From NCBI GenBank assembly GCA_964617015.1, contig CAZTVG010000001.1, positions 46,584 through 110,583 on the forward strand: 64,000 nucleotides of DNA, read 5' to 3'. Below are positions 8,207 to 18,124 of this stretch, in pieces. Source of the stretch: Candidatus Woesearchaeota archaeon. GTDB lineage: Archaea; Nanobdellota; Nanobdellia; Pacearchaeales; GW2011-AR1. The notes under the pieces are model-generated. The model saw only the letters and a list, made by a program, of their open reading frames with translations. It was not told the origin of the DNA and made no database searches. How positions within the stretch are numbered: the first letter of the stretch is position 1; each line of letters opens with the position of its first letter. Made by a program: the position numbers and the translations under genes.

Positions 8207-11200
8207 GAAAGGACTCGTTTAGCAAGGACTAGCATAAGCGAGCTTAAAAAAAGAATAATTCTGGCGCAAGAACGAAAATCAAAGATTACGCAATATCTTC
8301 AGGAACTCTGGGAAAAATACCAGACAGGAAAAATTTCCCGTGATTTCTATGTAGAAACAGCTCACAGACATTTCGACGGTAAAACCCTCAAAGAATGGGT
8401 TGAATATTATGACAATTACATAAACGAATGTGAAATATTAATTAAGAAACACAAAAAAGATCTTCTGAAAGGGCATTTTAGAACTTTTGTCTTCTCATTC
8501 ATCCTAATTATTGTTTTGCTTAGCGTGAGTCTATACACACAGCCAAGATTTGTTGGATTTTTAATCCAAGAACCAGTTCCTGTTTCAGAAATTGTAACAG
8601 ATGCAAATGCAACAATTACAACAACGCAACAACAAGCTATTCTCGGTCAGCCAGTAAAATGGACTAAAACTATTTCTTTAGACAAACCAACAAAAACAAA
8701 AATAAGATTACCGATAGAAGCCACAAATATATCTGTAAACAAAATATCATATTCAGAAGAAAATTTGGTGGAGGTTCTTCAAAACCAAACGAGTCCTTTC
8801 CAAGAAGAACCTCTTCCCTCTTCTGAAACAGAAAAACAAGAAGCATTGTTTAGCATAACAGGTCTTGTGACTGCAGAAGATGCAGGAATTCGAGAAGGCC
8901 TTTTATCTAGATTCTTCAGAAATCTAGGAAGAATTACAGGGCGAGCAATCTATGAACCAGAGGAAAAACTTGAAATTGAGATTAATGACACTGCAACAGA
9001 ATATGAAATTGAATATCAGACAGATGCACCATATGCAATTGAAGAACCTTTAACAACAGCCAAAGGCAAAAGAGTAAAAATTATCGGACCTGAAACAATT
9101 CATTATGAAAATGTTTTATCCTTTACAACACTTGATGAAAGTCTTAACATTAAAAATCCAAGAAATGTAAAAATTTTCTGGAGAGAAGAAAATAAATTCA
9201 TTTCTCCTACATCTATTCAAGATACAAACAACAACGGAATTTACGATTACATTGAATGGATTGCGCCTGTATTGTCTGAGCAGACTTTTGATATAATTGT
9301 TATAATAAAAGCAGAGCATCTTGACAGCAATAGAAACTTCGTAAGTGATATTTACGAAGAAGTTAAAGATTTAGATAATATCTGGTCAGAAGAAATTCCT
9401 TCAGAAGATTATGTAAGAGTTGTATTTGAGATTCCTTTGGATAATAAGAGAGATATTACAATTTATCCACGAGTTGTTTCAGGAAATCCAAAAATAGAAG
9501 TTTATGAATTCCAAGGAACAGAAATTATTGCAGAATTCACAAGTTTAAATTCAAATGAGTATAATAAAATCTTTTTAGATGGTTCAAGCGGAGCTGGTTT
9601 GGGAGATAAAATTCAAGACACTTTTGACTTGAAAATTCTCGACGGAAGTGTTGAGATTGACCATATAATTGATCCTTTCGAATCATTAACTGTTATTACA
9701 TGCACCATATCTGGTTGTAGTGTTACAAATTACAATGATAATACAACTTCAATAGGAGCAAGTATTAGTAAAAATAGTGAAGATCAGGTAAATATTTCTG
9801 CTACTTCAGATTTGGGAGGATTAGATACAATAAATAATGTAACTTTAGATTTTAGATGGACAAATGTGGTGAACTTAGATGGTCAATGGGGTATAACACC
9901 TCAATCACAAGATGGATTGACAAATTATTGTACTGCTATAGCAGTACCTCAAACAGACTTAGCTGAAGATGTATATACAGTAATAGATATATTTACAGGT
10001 TGTGTAGATACAAAAGCAGAGTTAGATGATTTAAGATTTAATATAAGGAATTCAGATGCAGGCCAGGGTCAAACTGGTGATGTCCTTTATGTTAATGTAA
10101 CAATAAATTTTACAGTAGTATCAGATACAGAACAACCAAAATGGCAGGAGAATACTACAAACAGCACAGAAGCAGGAACATTGATAAAACACAGTGTGAG
10201 ATGGACAGATGATACTGCCTTGGATGGTTTTATCTTTAGCTTTGACAATGGAACAGGAACTTTCGTCAATGATTCTTTTGTTTCAATGACTGGAACTAAT
10301 AATTATAGTAATGTTACTAAAGTAGTTAATTCAACAGTTGGTTCAACAATACAATGGATAGTCTATGCTAATGATTCTTCAAATAATTTTAACAATACAG
10401 ATACTTTTATTTATACTACGACATCAGCAAACGCAGCCCCAACAATTGATTTTGTCGAAGCAATACCTGGCCTAACCCCTAATGAAAGTTCCACAAATAC
10501 CACATCATTTAACTTCACTGCAACAGATACTGATGGATTTACAGACATAAATGTAAGTTCTGCACAGGGATTTTTCCAGAGAGCAGGGGAGACGACAAGA
10601 AGTGACCTATCCTGTGTTAACTGGAGTCAGTCTGGAAATGACGTTAACTTCACATGTACTATAGGTATGTTTTATTATGATGAAGCAGGCTCGTGGACCA
10701 TAAATGTGACTGTGAGAGACAATGCTGATGAAACTGCTGAAAATTCTTCAACAACATTTACCTATCTCACATTAACTGCAATGGTGATGTCTCCTACAGC
10801 TCTTGGCTGGGATACTATAAATTTGACTGATACAGACACTGGTTCAACCAGTGACCCAATTACTTTGAATAATACAGGTAATGCCGTGAACTTAAACATC
10901 AATATAACAGCATTTAATCTGCAGGGAAATACAACTCTGACAGAATATATTTTTGCAGAAAACTTCACTGTTGAAGATGCTTCAGAAGGCTGTACTGGAA
11001 CAGCTATGGTAAATGCAACTTCCACAAACGTGACTTCATCAATACTACAGAGAGGTAACAATACTTTAAATTATAATAATGCAACTTCGGGACAAGAGCA
11101 AATATTTTTCTGTCTGAAGGGGGTTCCTCAGGACATCAGCGCACAGGAATATTCTTCAATTGCATATGGTGCCTGGGAAATAAGAATCCTGTTGGTTGCA

Positions 11201-11788
11201 ATAATCCCTGCTGCAAGAAGAAAGAAAAAGAAGAAGGAAGAAGACAAGCTAATAGAATCTCTTGATTTGTTAGAATACTTACACATTGTGGATAAATTAA
11301 AAGAACAGTATGGATTCAGCAATGAAGAAATAGTCAAGACAATAATTGAAAAAGCAAGCAAGAAATATAATTTAGATAGAACAAAACTCTTAAGGACAAT
11401 AAAGGCAAGAGAGGGCATAGATATTCCGGTTACAATTTTCTCAAAAAAACTCGGAGCATTGGAGTCAATAGTAAAATACATGAAGGAAAATCTTGGAATG
11501 AATTATCGCGAAATCGCGAAAGAGCTCGGAAGAGATGAAAGAACAATCTGGACATCTTACAAAAAAGCAAATGAAAAACAAAAAGAGCCAATAAAGCCAA
11601 AAGAAACAAAAATAAACATACCATCATCAGTCTTTGAAAATAAAAAATTGACAATGCTTGAATCCATAATAATTTATTTGAAACAAAAAGGATTCAAATT
11701 CAGCGAGATGGAAAAATTGCTTGAAAGAGACCAGAGAAACATAGGAACAATTTATTCAAGAGCCATGAAAAAAATAAAAAACAAATAA
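8204..11788 (+). CDS. Membrane/surface protein with extracellular beta domains and tandem C-terminal HTH domains
   Basis: Cytoplasmic N-terminus, TM near aa 95-112, sequon-rich body, RRKKKKK, then two HTH repeats (MNYREIAKELGRDERTIWTSY; FKFSEMEKLLERDQRNIGTIY). Confidence 0.8.
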   Translation: MERTRLARTSISELKKRIILAQERKSKITQYLQELWEKYQTGKISRDFYVETAHRHFDGKTLKEWVEYYDNYINECEILIKKHKKDLLKGHFRTFVFSFILIIVLLSVSLYTQPRFVGFLIQEPVPVSEIVTDANATITTTQQQAILGQPVKWTKTISLDKPTKTKIRLPIEATNISVNKISYSEENLVEVLQNQTSPFQEEPLPSSETEKQEALFSITGLVTAEDAGIREGLLSRFFRNLGRITGRAIYEPEEKLEIEINDTATEYEIEYQTDAPYAIEEPLTTAKGKRVKIIGPETIHYENVLSFTTLDESLNIKNPRNVKIFWREENKFISPTSIQDTNNNGIYDYIEWIAPVLSEQTFDIIVIIKAEHLDSNRNFVSDIYEEVKDLDNIWSEEIPSEDYVRVVFEIPLDNKRDITIYPRVVSGNPKIEVYEFQGTEIIAEFTSLNSNEYNKIFLDGSSGAGLGDKIQDTFDLKILDGSVEIDHIIDPFESLTVITCTISGCSVTNYNDNTTSIGASISKNSEDQVNISATSDLGGLDTINNVTLDFRWTNVVNLDGQWGITPQSQDGLTNYCTAIAVPQTDLAEDVYTVIDIFTGCVDTKAELDDLRFNIRNSDAGQGQTGDVLYVNVTINFTVVSDTEQPKWQENTTNSTEAGTLIKHSVRWTDDTALDGFIFSFDNGTGTFVNDSFVSMTGTNNYSNVTKVVNSTVGSTIQWIVYANDSSNNFNNTDTFIYTTTSANAAPTIDFVEAIPGLTPNESSTNTTSFNFTATDTDGFTDINVSSAQGFFQRAGETTRSDLSCVNWSQSGNDVNFTCTIGMFYYDEAGSWTINVTVRDNADETAENSSTTFTYLTLTAMVMSPTALGWDTINLTDTDTGSTSDPITLNNTGNAVNLNINITAFNLQGNTTLTEYIFAENFTVEDASEGCTGTAMVNATSTNVTSSILQRGNNTLNYNNATSGQEQIFFCLKGVPQDISAQEYSSIAYGAWEIRILLVAIIPAARRKKKKKEEDKLIESLDLLEYLHIVDKLKEQYGFSNEEIVKTIIEKASKKYNLDRTKLLRTIKAREGIDIPVTIFSKKLGALESIVKYMKENLGMNYREIAKELGRDERTIWTSYKKANEKQKEPIKPKETKINIPSSVFENKKLTMLESIIIYLKQKGFKFSEMEKLLERDQRNIGTIYSRAMKKIKNK
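10991..11088 (+). repeat. 98-bp exact repeat, copy 1 (copy 2 at 12610-12707)
   Basis: TGTACTGGAACAGCTATGG...AATGCAACTTC identical in two paralogous domains. Confidence 0.9.
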
Positions 11789-11895
11789 AAAGTGTTAAAA
11801 ATGGAAAAAGAAGAGCGGAAAAAGTAGAACATAGAGATTGAATATAAATAAAAAAGGAAAGAAATGTTTAAAAATAAAGAAAACGTAATTTTTGA

Positions 11896-12813
11896 ATGGT
11901 GAAAAGAGGTACAAAGGTGATTGTTTTTTTAGGACTCTTGATATTATTAATGGTTCCGTTGGTATCTGCAGGAATCTTTTCAGATTGGTGGGGTAAGATA
12001 ACAGGAAAATTAACCGAGGGCACAACCACGGTAAACATTACAATAGGAAACAATCCTCCTACAATTGACAGGGTTGAACCAATACCTAACATAGCTCCTA
12101 ATGAAGGGGGGTTTAATTCAACTACTTTTAATTTTACTGCGACAGACACTGACGGAGCTTCTAACATCAATTTGAGTAGTGCGCAGGGAAGGTTTCAGCT
12201 AACAGGAGAAACGACAAGAGTAAATTTATCATGCAGTGACTGGGCATCTGCTGGAAACGATGTTAATTTTACATGTACAATTGATATGTATTACTTTGAT
12301 AAAAATGATGCTTCATGGACAATAAATGTGACTGTAAGAGATAATAGCCAGGCAACTGCTGAAAATTCTTCTACATCATTCACTTACAACTTGCTTACAG
12401 CAATGGTTATGGCTCCGACAGCACTTGGCTGGCCTGAGGTAGGATTGACAGCTACAGATACAGGTGCCAATGATAATATTACTATAAATAATACAGGTAA
12501 TGATGTTGATCTAAATATTAATGTAACATCACTCGACCTTCAGGGAAATACAACACTGACACACTATATTTTTGCAGAAAACTTCACTGTTGAAAATACC
12601 TATCCTGGTTGTACTGGAACAGCTATGGTAAATGCAACTTCCACAAACGTGACTTCATCAATACTACAGAGAGGTAACAATACTTTAAATTATAATAATG
12701 CAACTTCAGGACAGGAAGAGATTTCCTTCTGTCTGAAGGGTGTTCCCCAGGATATTAGTTCACAGGAATATTCCTCAATAGCATTGGGTGCATGGACAAT
12801 TACTATTAACTAA
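11896..12813 (+). CDS. Secreted surface glycoprotein, paralogous to the distal extracellular domain of 8204..11788
   Basis: Signal peptide; shared FNFTATDTDG, NFTCTI, WTINVTVRDN, NNTGN, FCLKGVPQDIS. Confidence 0.8.
   Translation: MVKRGTKVIVFLGLLILLMVPLVSAGIFSDWWGKITGKLTEGTTTVNITIGNNPPTIDRVEPIPNIAPNEGGFNSTTFNFTATDTDGASNINLSSAQGRFQLTGETTRVNLSCSDWASAGNDVNFTCTIDMYYFDKNDASWTINVTVRDNSQATAENSSTSFTYNLLTAMVMAPTALGWPEVGLTATDTGANDNITINNTGNDVDLNINVTSLDLQGNTTLTHYIFAENFTVENTYPGCTGTAMVNATSTNVTSSILQRGNNTLNYNNATSGQEEISFCLKGVPQDISSQEYSSIALGAWTITIN
12610..12707 (+). repeat. 98-bp exact repeat, copy 2
   Basis: Identical to 10991-11088. Confidence 0.9.
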
Positions 12814-12818
12814 ATAAA

Positions 12819-13379
12819 ATGAGAAAAATGAATAAAAAAATAGGAATGATTGTTGGAGCAGTTGGATTATTGGTGATGATGAGTTTATTTGCAAGTGCAT
12901 TCGGGGTTTCAACTTCTTATTGGGACGAGAATCCACTAAGAATAGCTCCCGGAGAATCAATAACTGTTTCGCTGGGATTACAAAATGGCGGGGGTGGAAC
13001 TGAAGATATAACTCTAAGAGCAGAGCTTACAAATGACGGTGGAGGAATAGCGACACTGGTTGATGAAGATTTAGATTACTTTGTTCCTGTGGGAGGGGGT
13101 GTCGGAGTTCCCATAAGAATAGAACTTTCAGAAGATGCTGAGACAGGCATTACACATCAAATAACTGTTTCATTTACACAGGTTGCTTCTGGAGAAGGTG
13201 GTATGGTGCGTCTTACAGGGGGTGTCGTGAGTAATCTCCCTGTTGAAGTAGTTGGTGAAGAGGAAAGTGAATTATATACCCCTGAAGCTAAAAAAGGCCT
13301 TTCTGGTTTTTGGATGATTGTAATTGCTCTGGCTGTTGCACTGACAATTTTCCTTATTGCAAGAAGTAGAAAAGATTAA
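12819..13379 (+). CDS. Secreted Ig-like protein with C-terminal membrane anchor
   Basis: Signal peptide, beta-rich domain, TM plus basic tail. Confidence 0.7.
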   Translation: MRKMNKKIGMIVGAVGLLVMMSLFASAFGVSTSYWDENPLRIAPGESITVSLGLQNGGGGTEDITLRAELTNDGGGIATLVDEDLDYFVPVGGGVGVPIRIELSEDAETGITHQITVSFTQVASGEGGMVRLTGGVVSNLPVEVVGEEESELYTPEAKKGLSGFWMIVIALAVALTIFLIARSRKD

Positions 13380-13446
13380 GAAACAAATAATCATCAAATT
13401 TAAAATTCCTAATAAACTTTAAATAGATTATTTTATTGTTCTATTA

Positions 13447-15141
13447 ATGAAAAGATTGATATTTATTCTTTTATTAGGCATAGGTTTATTTTTTATATTA
13501 ATATGGGCTATAAATACAGAAACCACGACAGGAGATACAGCTACAGGAGAAGTGGTTACAACAGGGGAGATAACAGAGGCTAGTGTGACTATCACAATAG
13601 CTATTACTGGCGTTCCTTTTTTAACAATTATTAAACCATTAAATCAGACTTATTTTGAAAATGAAAGCCTTAGATTAAAGGTTGATACCAACACAAATGA
13701 TATGTGGTATAATCTGGATAATGGAGCTAATATAACCTTTACAGATGAGGTGCTTTTCAATACATCAGAAGGAGGGCATACAATTTATGTTTTTGCCAAT
13801 AATAGTTTTGGAACAACAACTAAAAACGTTACATTTACTGTCGATGGCAGCCTCTATGAAATTATTCATGAAAATTATAAAGATGCCAATAAAGGCGTCT
13901 CAACAAATTTCAGTGAATTTTCGTTTACAGAAATACAGAATTTAAGTGATATTGTTTTAGAAGATACCATTTATGGAAAGATTATTTTTAATGATGCCAT
14001 TAACGTGACAGATGATGCAAATACAACTTATAGTGAAACAGATTTAGATACCAACACAAATATTTCATTCAATAGGATTGAATTAGATTCCATTGCCTTG
14101 CCCAATTTCAATAAAAATGCCAACCTCTACCTTTACAATCTAACTTTTTCTAACCCAAGAATATTGAAAGATGGAGCGGTTTGCCCTTCTACAGTCTGCA
14201 CGCAGAACAGTTATTCAGGAGGCACTCTGAGTTTTAATGTAACAGGTTTCACTGTTTATTCTGCAGAAGAAACTCCTGAAGATGAACTTGTTCTTCCTCC
14301 ACCACCAGGAGGAGGGGGCGGAGGTCTGATTTTCACTACAAGTGTAGATGAAATAAGCATATCTCTGAAACAAGGGGATGTAAAAACAAAAGAGATAACA
14401 ATCAATAATCTAGGAAACAATAAACTTTCGTTTTCAGTAACTTCTGATATAGGAGAATTTGTAAAAATAAATCAAGAAAACTTCCAAATTGGGCCAAAAG
14501 AGAAGAAAACAATAATTATTGATTTCATAGCCAGAGAAAATACTATTCCGGAATTATATTTAGGAAATTTATTTATTGAAGCATTGGGAGTAAAAAAAAT
14601 AATCCCAATCACAATAGAAGTAGAATCCAAGGTAGCTCTTTTTGACATCTCAATAGAAATACCTGAAAGATTTTTAGATATCTCTCCTGGAGAAGAATTG
14701 CTCGTGAAAATAGATTTGCATAATTTAGTAAGTGAGACAGAAACAAATATAGATTTAGAATACATAATCAAGGATATAAATGGAAATATAATGCTTACTG
14801 AGGGGGAGAGAATTTCTGTAGAGGGAAGAAAAACGTTTGAAAAACTAATAAAAATTCCAGAAGATATCGGATTTGGAAGATATGTTCTATATGTAAGATT
14901 AATTTATGACAACACTGTAGCAAGTTCAAGCGCCTGGTTCAACGTTGAAAAAAAATTTAATTGGTTTGAAACCAGAAAAATAGAAAAAGTTTTATTGATA
15001 ATCTTTACTTTAGTAGTAATATTTATAATAATTTATAAAAACAAAAGAATTCAAAGATTTTTACATAATATGGAAAAATTATTTTTAAGAAAAGCATTTA
15101 TAAAAAAGGAATCACTAACAAAAAAGAGATCATTCCCCTAA
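13447..15141 (+). CDS. Surface protein with N-terminal signal/[12 protein letters not shown] linker and C-terminal TM
   Basis: Composition and topology. Confidence 0.7.
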   Translation: MKRLIFILLLGIGLFFILIWAINTETTTGDTATGEVVTTGEITEASVTITIAITGVPFLTIIKPLNQTYFENESLRLKVDTNTNDMWYNLDNGANITFTDEVLFNTSEGGHTIYVFANNSFGTTTKNVTFTVDGSLYEIIHENYKDANKGVSTNFSEFSFTEIQNLSDIVLEDTIYGKIIFNDAINVTDDANTTYSETDLDTNTNISFNRIELDSIALPNFNKNANLYLYNLTFSNPRILKDGAVCPSTVCTQNSYSGGTLSFNVTGFTVYSAEETPEDELVLPPPPGGGGGGLIFTTSVDEISISLKQGDVKTKEITINNLGNNKLSFSVTSDIGEFVKINQENFQIGPKEKKTIIIDFIARENTIPELYLGNLFIEALGVKKIIPITIEVESKVALFDISIEIPERFLDISPGEELLVKIDLHNLVSETETNIDLEYIIKDINGNIMLTEGERISVEGRKTFEKLIKIPEDIGFGRYVLYVRLIYDNTVASSSAWFNVEKKFNWFETRKIEKVLLIIFTLVVIFIIIYKNKRIQRFLHNMEKLFLRKAFIKKESLTKKRSFP

Positions 15142-15546
15142 AACCTTAATTAAGATTCTTTTGTTTCTCTGGCCATCAAACTCTGCATAAAAGATTGCCT
15201 CCCATGGTCCAAAATCCAGATCCCCGCCCTTAATTGCAAGTGTGGTTTCTCTCCCCATTATTGTTCTCCATAGATGGGCATATGCATTGTCTTCTCCTGT
15301 TAAATTGTGTTTATACAAATCTTTATCCATTGGTGCAAGTTTTTCAAGCCATTTCCTGAAATCTTGAAGCAAGCCAGACTCATTATCATTAATAAACACA
15401 CTTGCTGTTATATGCATGGGATTCACAAGAGCAATACCGTCATTAATTCCTGATTCACGAACAGCTTTTCTTACCTGTTCAGTTATGTTCACAAAGTCTA
15501 TTCTTTTCTTTGTGTTTATTGTAAGGTATTTTGTATGAATTTTCAT
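15130..15546 (-). CDS. yjbQ: YjbQ/UPF0047 family protein
   Basis: [41 protein letters not shown]; start moved to ATG 15546 because the track's extension overlaps tRNA-Cys. Confidence 0.9.
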   Translation of the reverse strand: MKIHTKYLTINTKKRIDFVNITEQVRKAVRESGINDGIALVNPMHITASVFINDNESGLLQDFRKWLEKLAPMDKDLYKHNLTGEDNAYAHLWRTIMGRETTLAIKGGDLDFGPWEAIFYAEFDGQRNKRILIKVLGE

Positions 15547-15555
15547 TTTAAAAAA

Positions 15556-15620
15556 ATGCTCGTGAAGATACACTTCGCATAAAGGGAAAGTATGCTTGTG
15601 AAGATACACTTCGCATAAAG
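15556..15620. repeat. Tandem 29-bp repeat (36-bp period) in the tRNA-Cys 3' trailer
   Basis: ATGCTYGTGAAGATACACTTCGCATAAAG at 15556 and 15592; internal hairpin GAAG-ATACA-CTTC. Confidence 0.85.
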
Positions 15621-15691
15621 CGGAGGCTGGGATTCGAACCCAGGAATACTCGGGCTGCAACCGAGCGCGTTAACCACTTCGCCACCCCCGC
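15619..15691 (-). tRNA. tRNA-Cys(GCA)
   Basis: GCGGGGG...CTCGG-TTGCAGC-CCGAG...CTGGG-TTCGAAT-CCCAG-CCTCCGC-T; U73 discriminator. Confidence 0.93.
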
Positions 15692-15712
15692 ATCATTAAT
15701 TCATGTATGGGA

Positions 15713-15787
15713 TGCCCCTGACAGGATTTGAACCTGCGACCTACTGCTTAGAAGGCAGTCACTCTATCCAGACTGAGCTACAGGGGC
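15713..15787 (-). tRNA. tRNA-Arg(TCT)
   Basis: GCCCCTG...ACTGC-CTTCTAA-GCAGT...GCAGG-TTCAAAT-CCTGT-CAGGGGC-A. Confidence 0.94.
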
Positions 15788-15875
15788 TCACTAAAAAATA
15801 AGAAAAAGTTCTATTTAAAATCTTTCCCTTTTTCAATCATATAAAATTTAAAAAGAATAGATTATCTATAAGTTT

Positions 15876-16199
15876 ATGGATTTAAGCAAAAAGAAGTGTG
15901 TTCCATGTGAAAGCGAAACTTCTCCTATGAAAAAAACCTTAATTAAAAAATACCTAAAAAAAATTAAAAGATGGAGATTAAAGAAAGGAAAATTATACAA
16001 AGAATTTAAATTTAAAGATTTTAGAGAAACATTAAAATTTGTCAATAAAGTAGGAAAAATAGCTGAAAAAGAGGGGCATCATCCTGATACTTATTTCACA
16101 TGGGGCAAGTGCAATATTGAATTATACACCCATGCTATAAATGGATTAAGAGAAAATGATTTCATATTAGCTTCTAAAATTGACAAAATATCTTCCTAA
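15876..16199 (+). CDS. Pterin-4-alpha-carbinolamine dehydratase family protein
   Basis: CVPCE, FKFKDF, AEKEGHHPD, YTHAINGLRENDFILA. Confidence 0.92.
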   Translation: MDLSKKKCVPCESETSPMKKTLIKKYLKKIKRWRLKKGKLYKEFKFKDFRETLKFVNKVGKIAEKEGHHPDTYFTWGKCNIELYTHAINGLRENDFILASKIDKISS

Positions 16200-17098
16200 A
16201 TCTCAATGACCTCTAAATCATGCGCGAGAGAAGAATTCTTAAAGATTTTTTTGGCTTCATTCAGAATTTTTTCTGGTTTTCTGCTGTATCTTTGACTAAC
16301 GTGTGTCAATATAAGTTTCTTGGAATTTGATTTCTTGGCTATTTCTGCAGCCTGTTTTGCCGTCAGATGTTTATATTCCCTGGCCTTATTTTCAAGTTCT
16401 GAACCAAAACTTGCCTCACAAACCAGAATATCAGAATTTTTGACAAAGGGAGCTATTTTTTTGTTTATAGATGTGTCAAGAACAAAGGAAATCTTTTTCT
16501 CTTTTTCCTTAAAAGTTAAATTCTCTGCAAGATATTTTTTTCCCCTATAGGTCACATTCTTTCCTTCTTTCAGTCTTTTAATCAAAGGTCCATGAGGCAA
16601 TCCTGATTTCCTTAATTTTCTCTTGTCAACTCTTATTCGCCCTTTTTTGACAAAAGAGTACGCATTACACGGAACTTTGTGCGTCATTGATTCTGCTTTC
16701 AAATAAAAATCTTTAGTTTCAAAAAACTTTCTGGAAACTTCTTTAATATCCAAATGGAAGTATTTTTTTACTGCAAAAAGTTTCAAAAGCTCTTGCATAA
16801 AAAATTTGGTTTTCCTTGGTCCGTAGACAGAAAGTTTTTTGTTGTAACCACTCAGACCAAGAGTCTTTAAAAGTCCAGGGATTCCAAGTATATGGTCTGC
16901 GTGCCAGTGGGTGATCAAAATCCTTGTCAGCCTGCAGGGATTCAGTCTCGCTTTTCTGAATTGTCTCTGAGTTCCTTCACCACAATCAACAAGAATATTT
17001 TCCCCATTGTAAGTTAATAAAATTGCCGTATGGTTTCTCGTTGAAGTGGGAATTGCATCAGAAGTTCCAAGAAAAGTTAATTTTATCTTTTCTGTCAT
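16196..17098 (-). CDS. rnz: Ribonuclease Z
   Basis: FLGTS..IPT..RNH, DCGEGTQRQ, THWHADHILG, HVSQRY. Confidence 0.95.
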   Translation of the reverse strand: MTEKIKLTFLGTSDAIPTSTRNHTAILLTYNGENILVDCGEGTQRQFRKARLNPCRLTRILITHWHADHILGIPGLLKTLGLSGYNKKLSVYGPRKTKFFMQELLKLFAVKKYFHLDIKEVSRKFFETKDFYLKAESMTHKVPCNAYSFVKKGRIRVDKRKLRKSGLPHGPLIKRLKEGKNVTYRGKKYLAENLTFKEKEKKISFVLDTSINKKIAPFVKNSDILVCEASFGSELENKAREYKHLTAKQAAEIAKKSNSKKLILTHVSQRYSRKPEKILNEAKKIFKNSSLAHDLEVIEI

Positions 17099-17242
17099 GA
17101 AAAAAAATAGTTAAATTGATTTATATAAGTTGTGAAAAACCTGAATTATTTTTTTCTGTATGGGTATCTTTTCTTTAATCTCCCTCTGTTATATTTCCTT
17201 CCATGAATAATCAAAGAAAGGGTTATTTAAAAATTAAACTCT

Positions 17243-17494
17243 TTATTCTTTTTTCAGAGCTGTTGATGCTGGAGAAATGAATATGATGGTGTCTCCTCTT
17301 AAAAAAGTCAGTCCAAGATTCCTCTTTATCTCATTATTTTCCATTTCCTTAATATTATCCAAAACAAGATTAATGTGGATATCAAAAGCTAGTAAAGTTC
17401 CGACAAATTGCTTATCTCCCTTCAGGTGCACCAAAATTTCCTTTCCCTTCGAGTTATTTAAAAGATCCAAGGGTCTTTCAATTCCATTAACCAT
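17243..17494 (-). CDS. Sm-like (Lsm) RNA-binding protein
   Basis: RPLDLL, GTLLAFDIHINLVL, FLRGDTIIFISP. Confidence 0.93.
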   Translation of the reverse strand: MVNGIERPLDLLNNSKGKEILVHLKGDKQFVGTLLAFDIHINLVLDNIKEMENNEIKRNLGLTFLRGDTIIFISPASTALKKE

Positions 17495-17642
17495 ATTCTA
17501 TCTTCTGCAGGATTTGTTTATAAAGATTTCGTTAATGCAAAACAGAAAGATATTTAAACAAAAATCAAATTTTTTAGTTTATGAAAAGAAAACACACTTT
17601 AATAAATTAAAATGCGTAAAAAAATATATTTTAATAAGTAAA

Positions 17643-18002
17643 ATGCATAAAGGAAGAAAGGTTTCTGGCGGTAAATATAGAAAAGGAAGAAAGAAAAAAC
17701 TTTATGAGTTAGCAGGACAAAAAAGAACAGTCAGACTCGGAGAAGAGAAAAGAAAGTCAAAAAGAATCAGGGGAGGGAACAAAAAAACTTTCCTGCTTAA
17801 AGCGAAATTCATAAATGTGATTACAAAAGACGGAAATAAAAAAACGGAAATAAAAAACGTTGCTGAGACCCCTTCAAACAGATTCCTGGCAAGACAAAAC
17901 ATAGTTACAAAAGGAACTGTTGTTGAAACAGATCTTGGAAAAGTTCGTGTTACAAACAGACCAAGCCAGGAAGGTGTTGTCAACGGTATTTTGATAGAAT
18001 AA
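17643..18002 (+). CDS. rps8e: 30S ribosomal protein S8e
   Basis: MHKGRKVSGGKY..RKKKLYE, RIRGGN, RVTNRPSQEGVVNG; start at ATG 17643. Confidence 0.93.
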   Translation: MHKGRKVSGGKYRKGRKKKLYELAGQKRTVRLGEEKRKSKRIRGGNKKTFLLKAKFINVITKDGNKKTEIKNVAETPSNRFLARQNIVTKGTVVETDLGKVRVTNRPSQEGVVNGILIE

Positions 18003-18124
18003 CTTAAGAATTCTGAAACAAAATTTACTACTCTAATAAACTATAAAAAACAAAAGCTTTATAAATACGAAAGCTTTATAAAGATTACGTTAAGCTGAAA
18101 ATAATATAATTTCTTAATTTTAAA

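Noticed and set aside
15556..15620. Possible mini-CRISPR array
   Set aside because: Only two units with a 7-nt gap, overlapping a tRNA end; no cas genes
15547..15660. N-terminal extension of YjbQ containing a repeated LCEVYLH peptide
   Set aside because: Translation of tRNA-Cys and its trailer repeat; ATG 15546 is the better start
17277..17642. Long N-terminal extension of S8e
   Set aside because: Overlaps lsm antisense and the promoter region; S8e similarity starts at 17643
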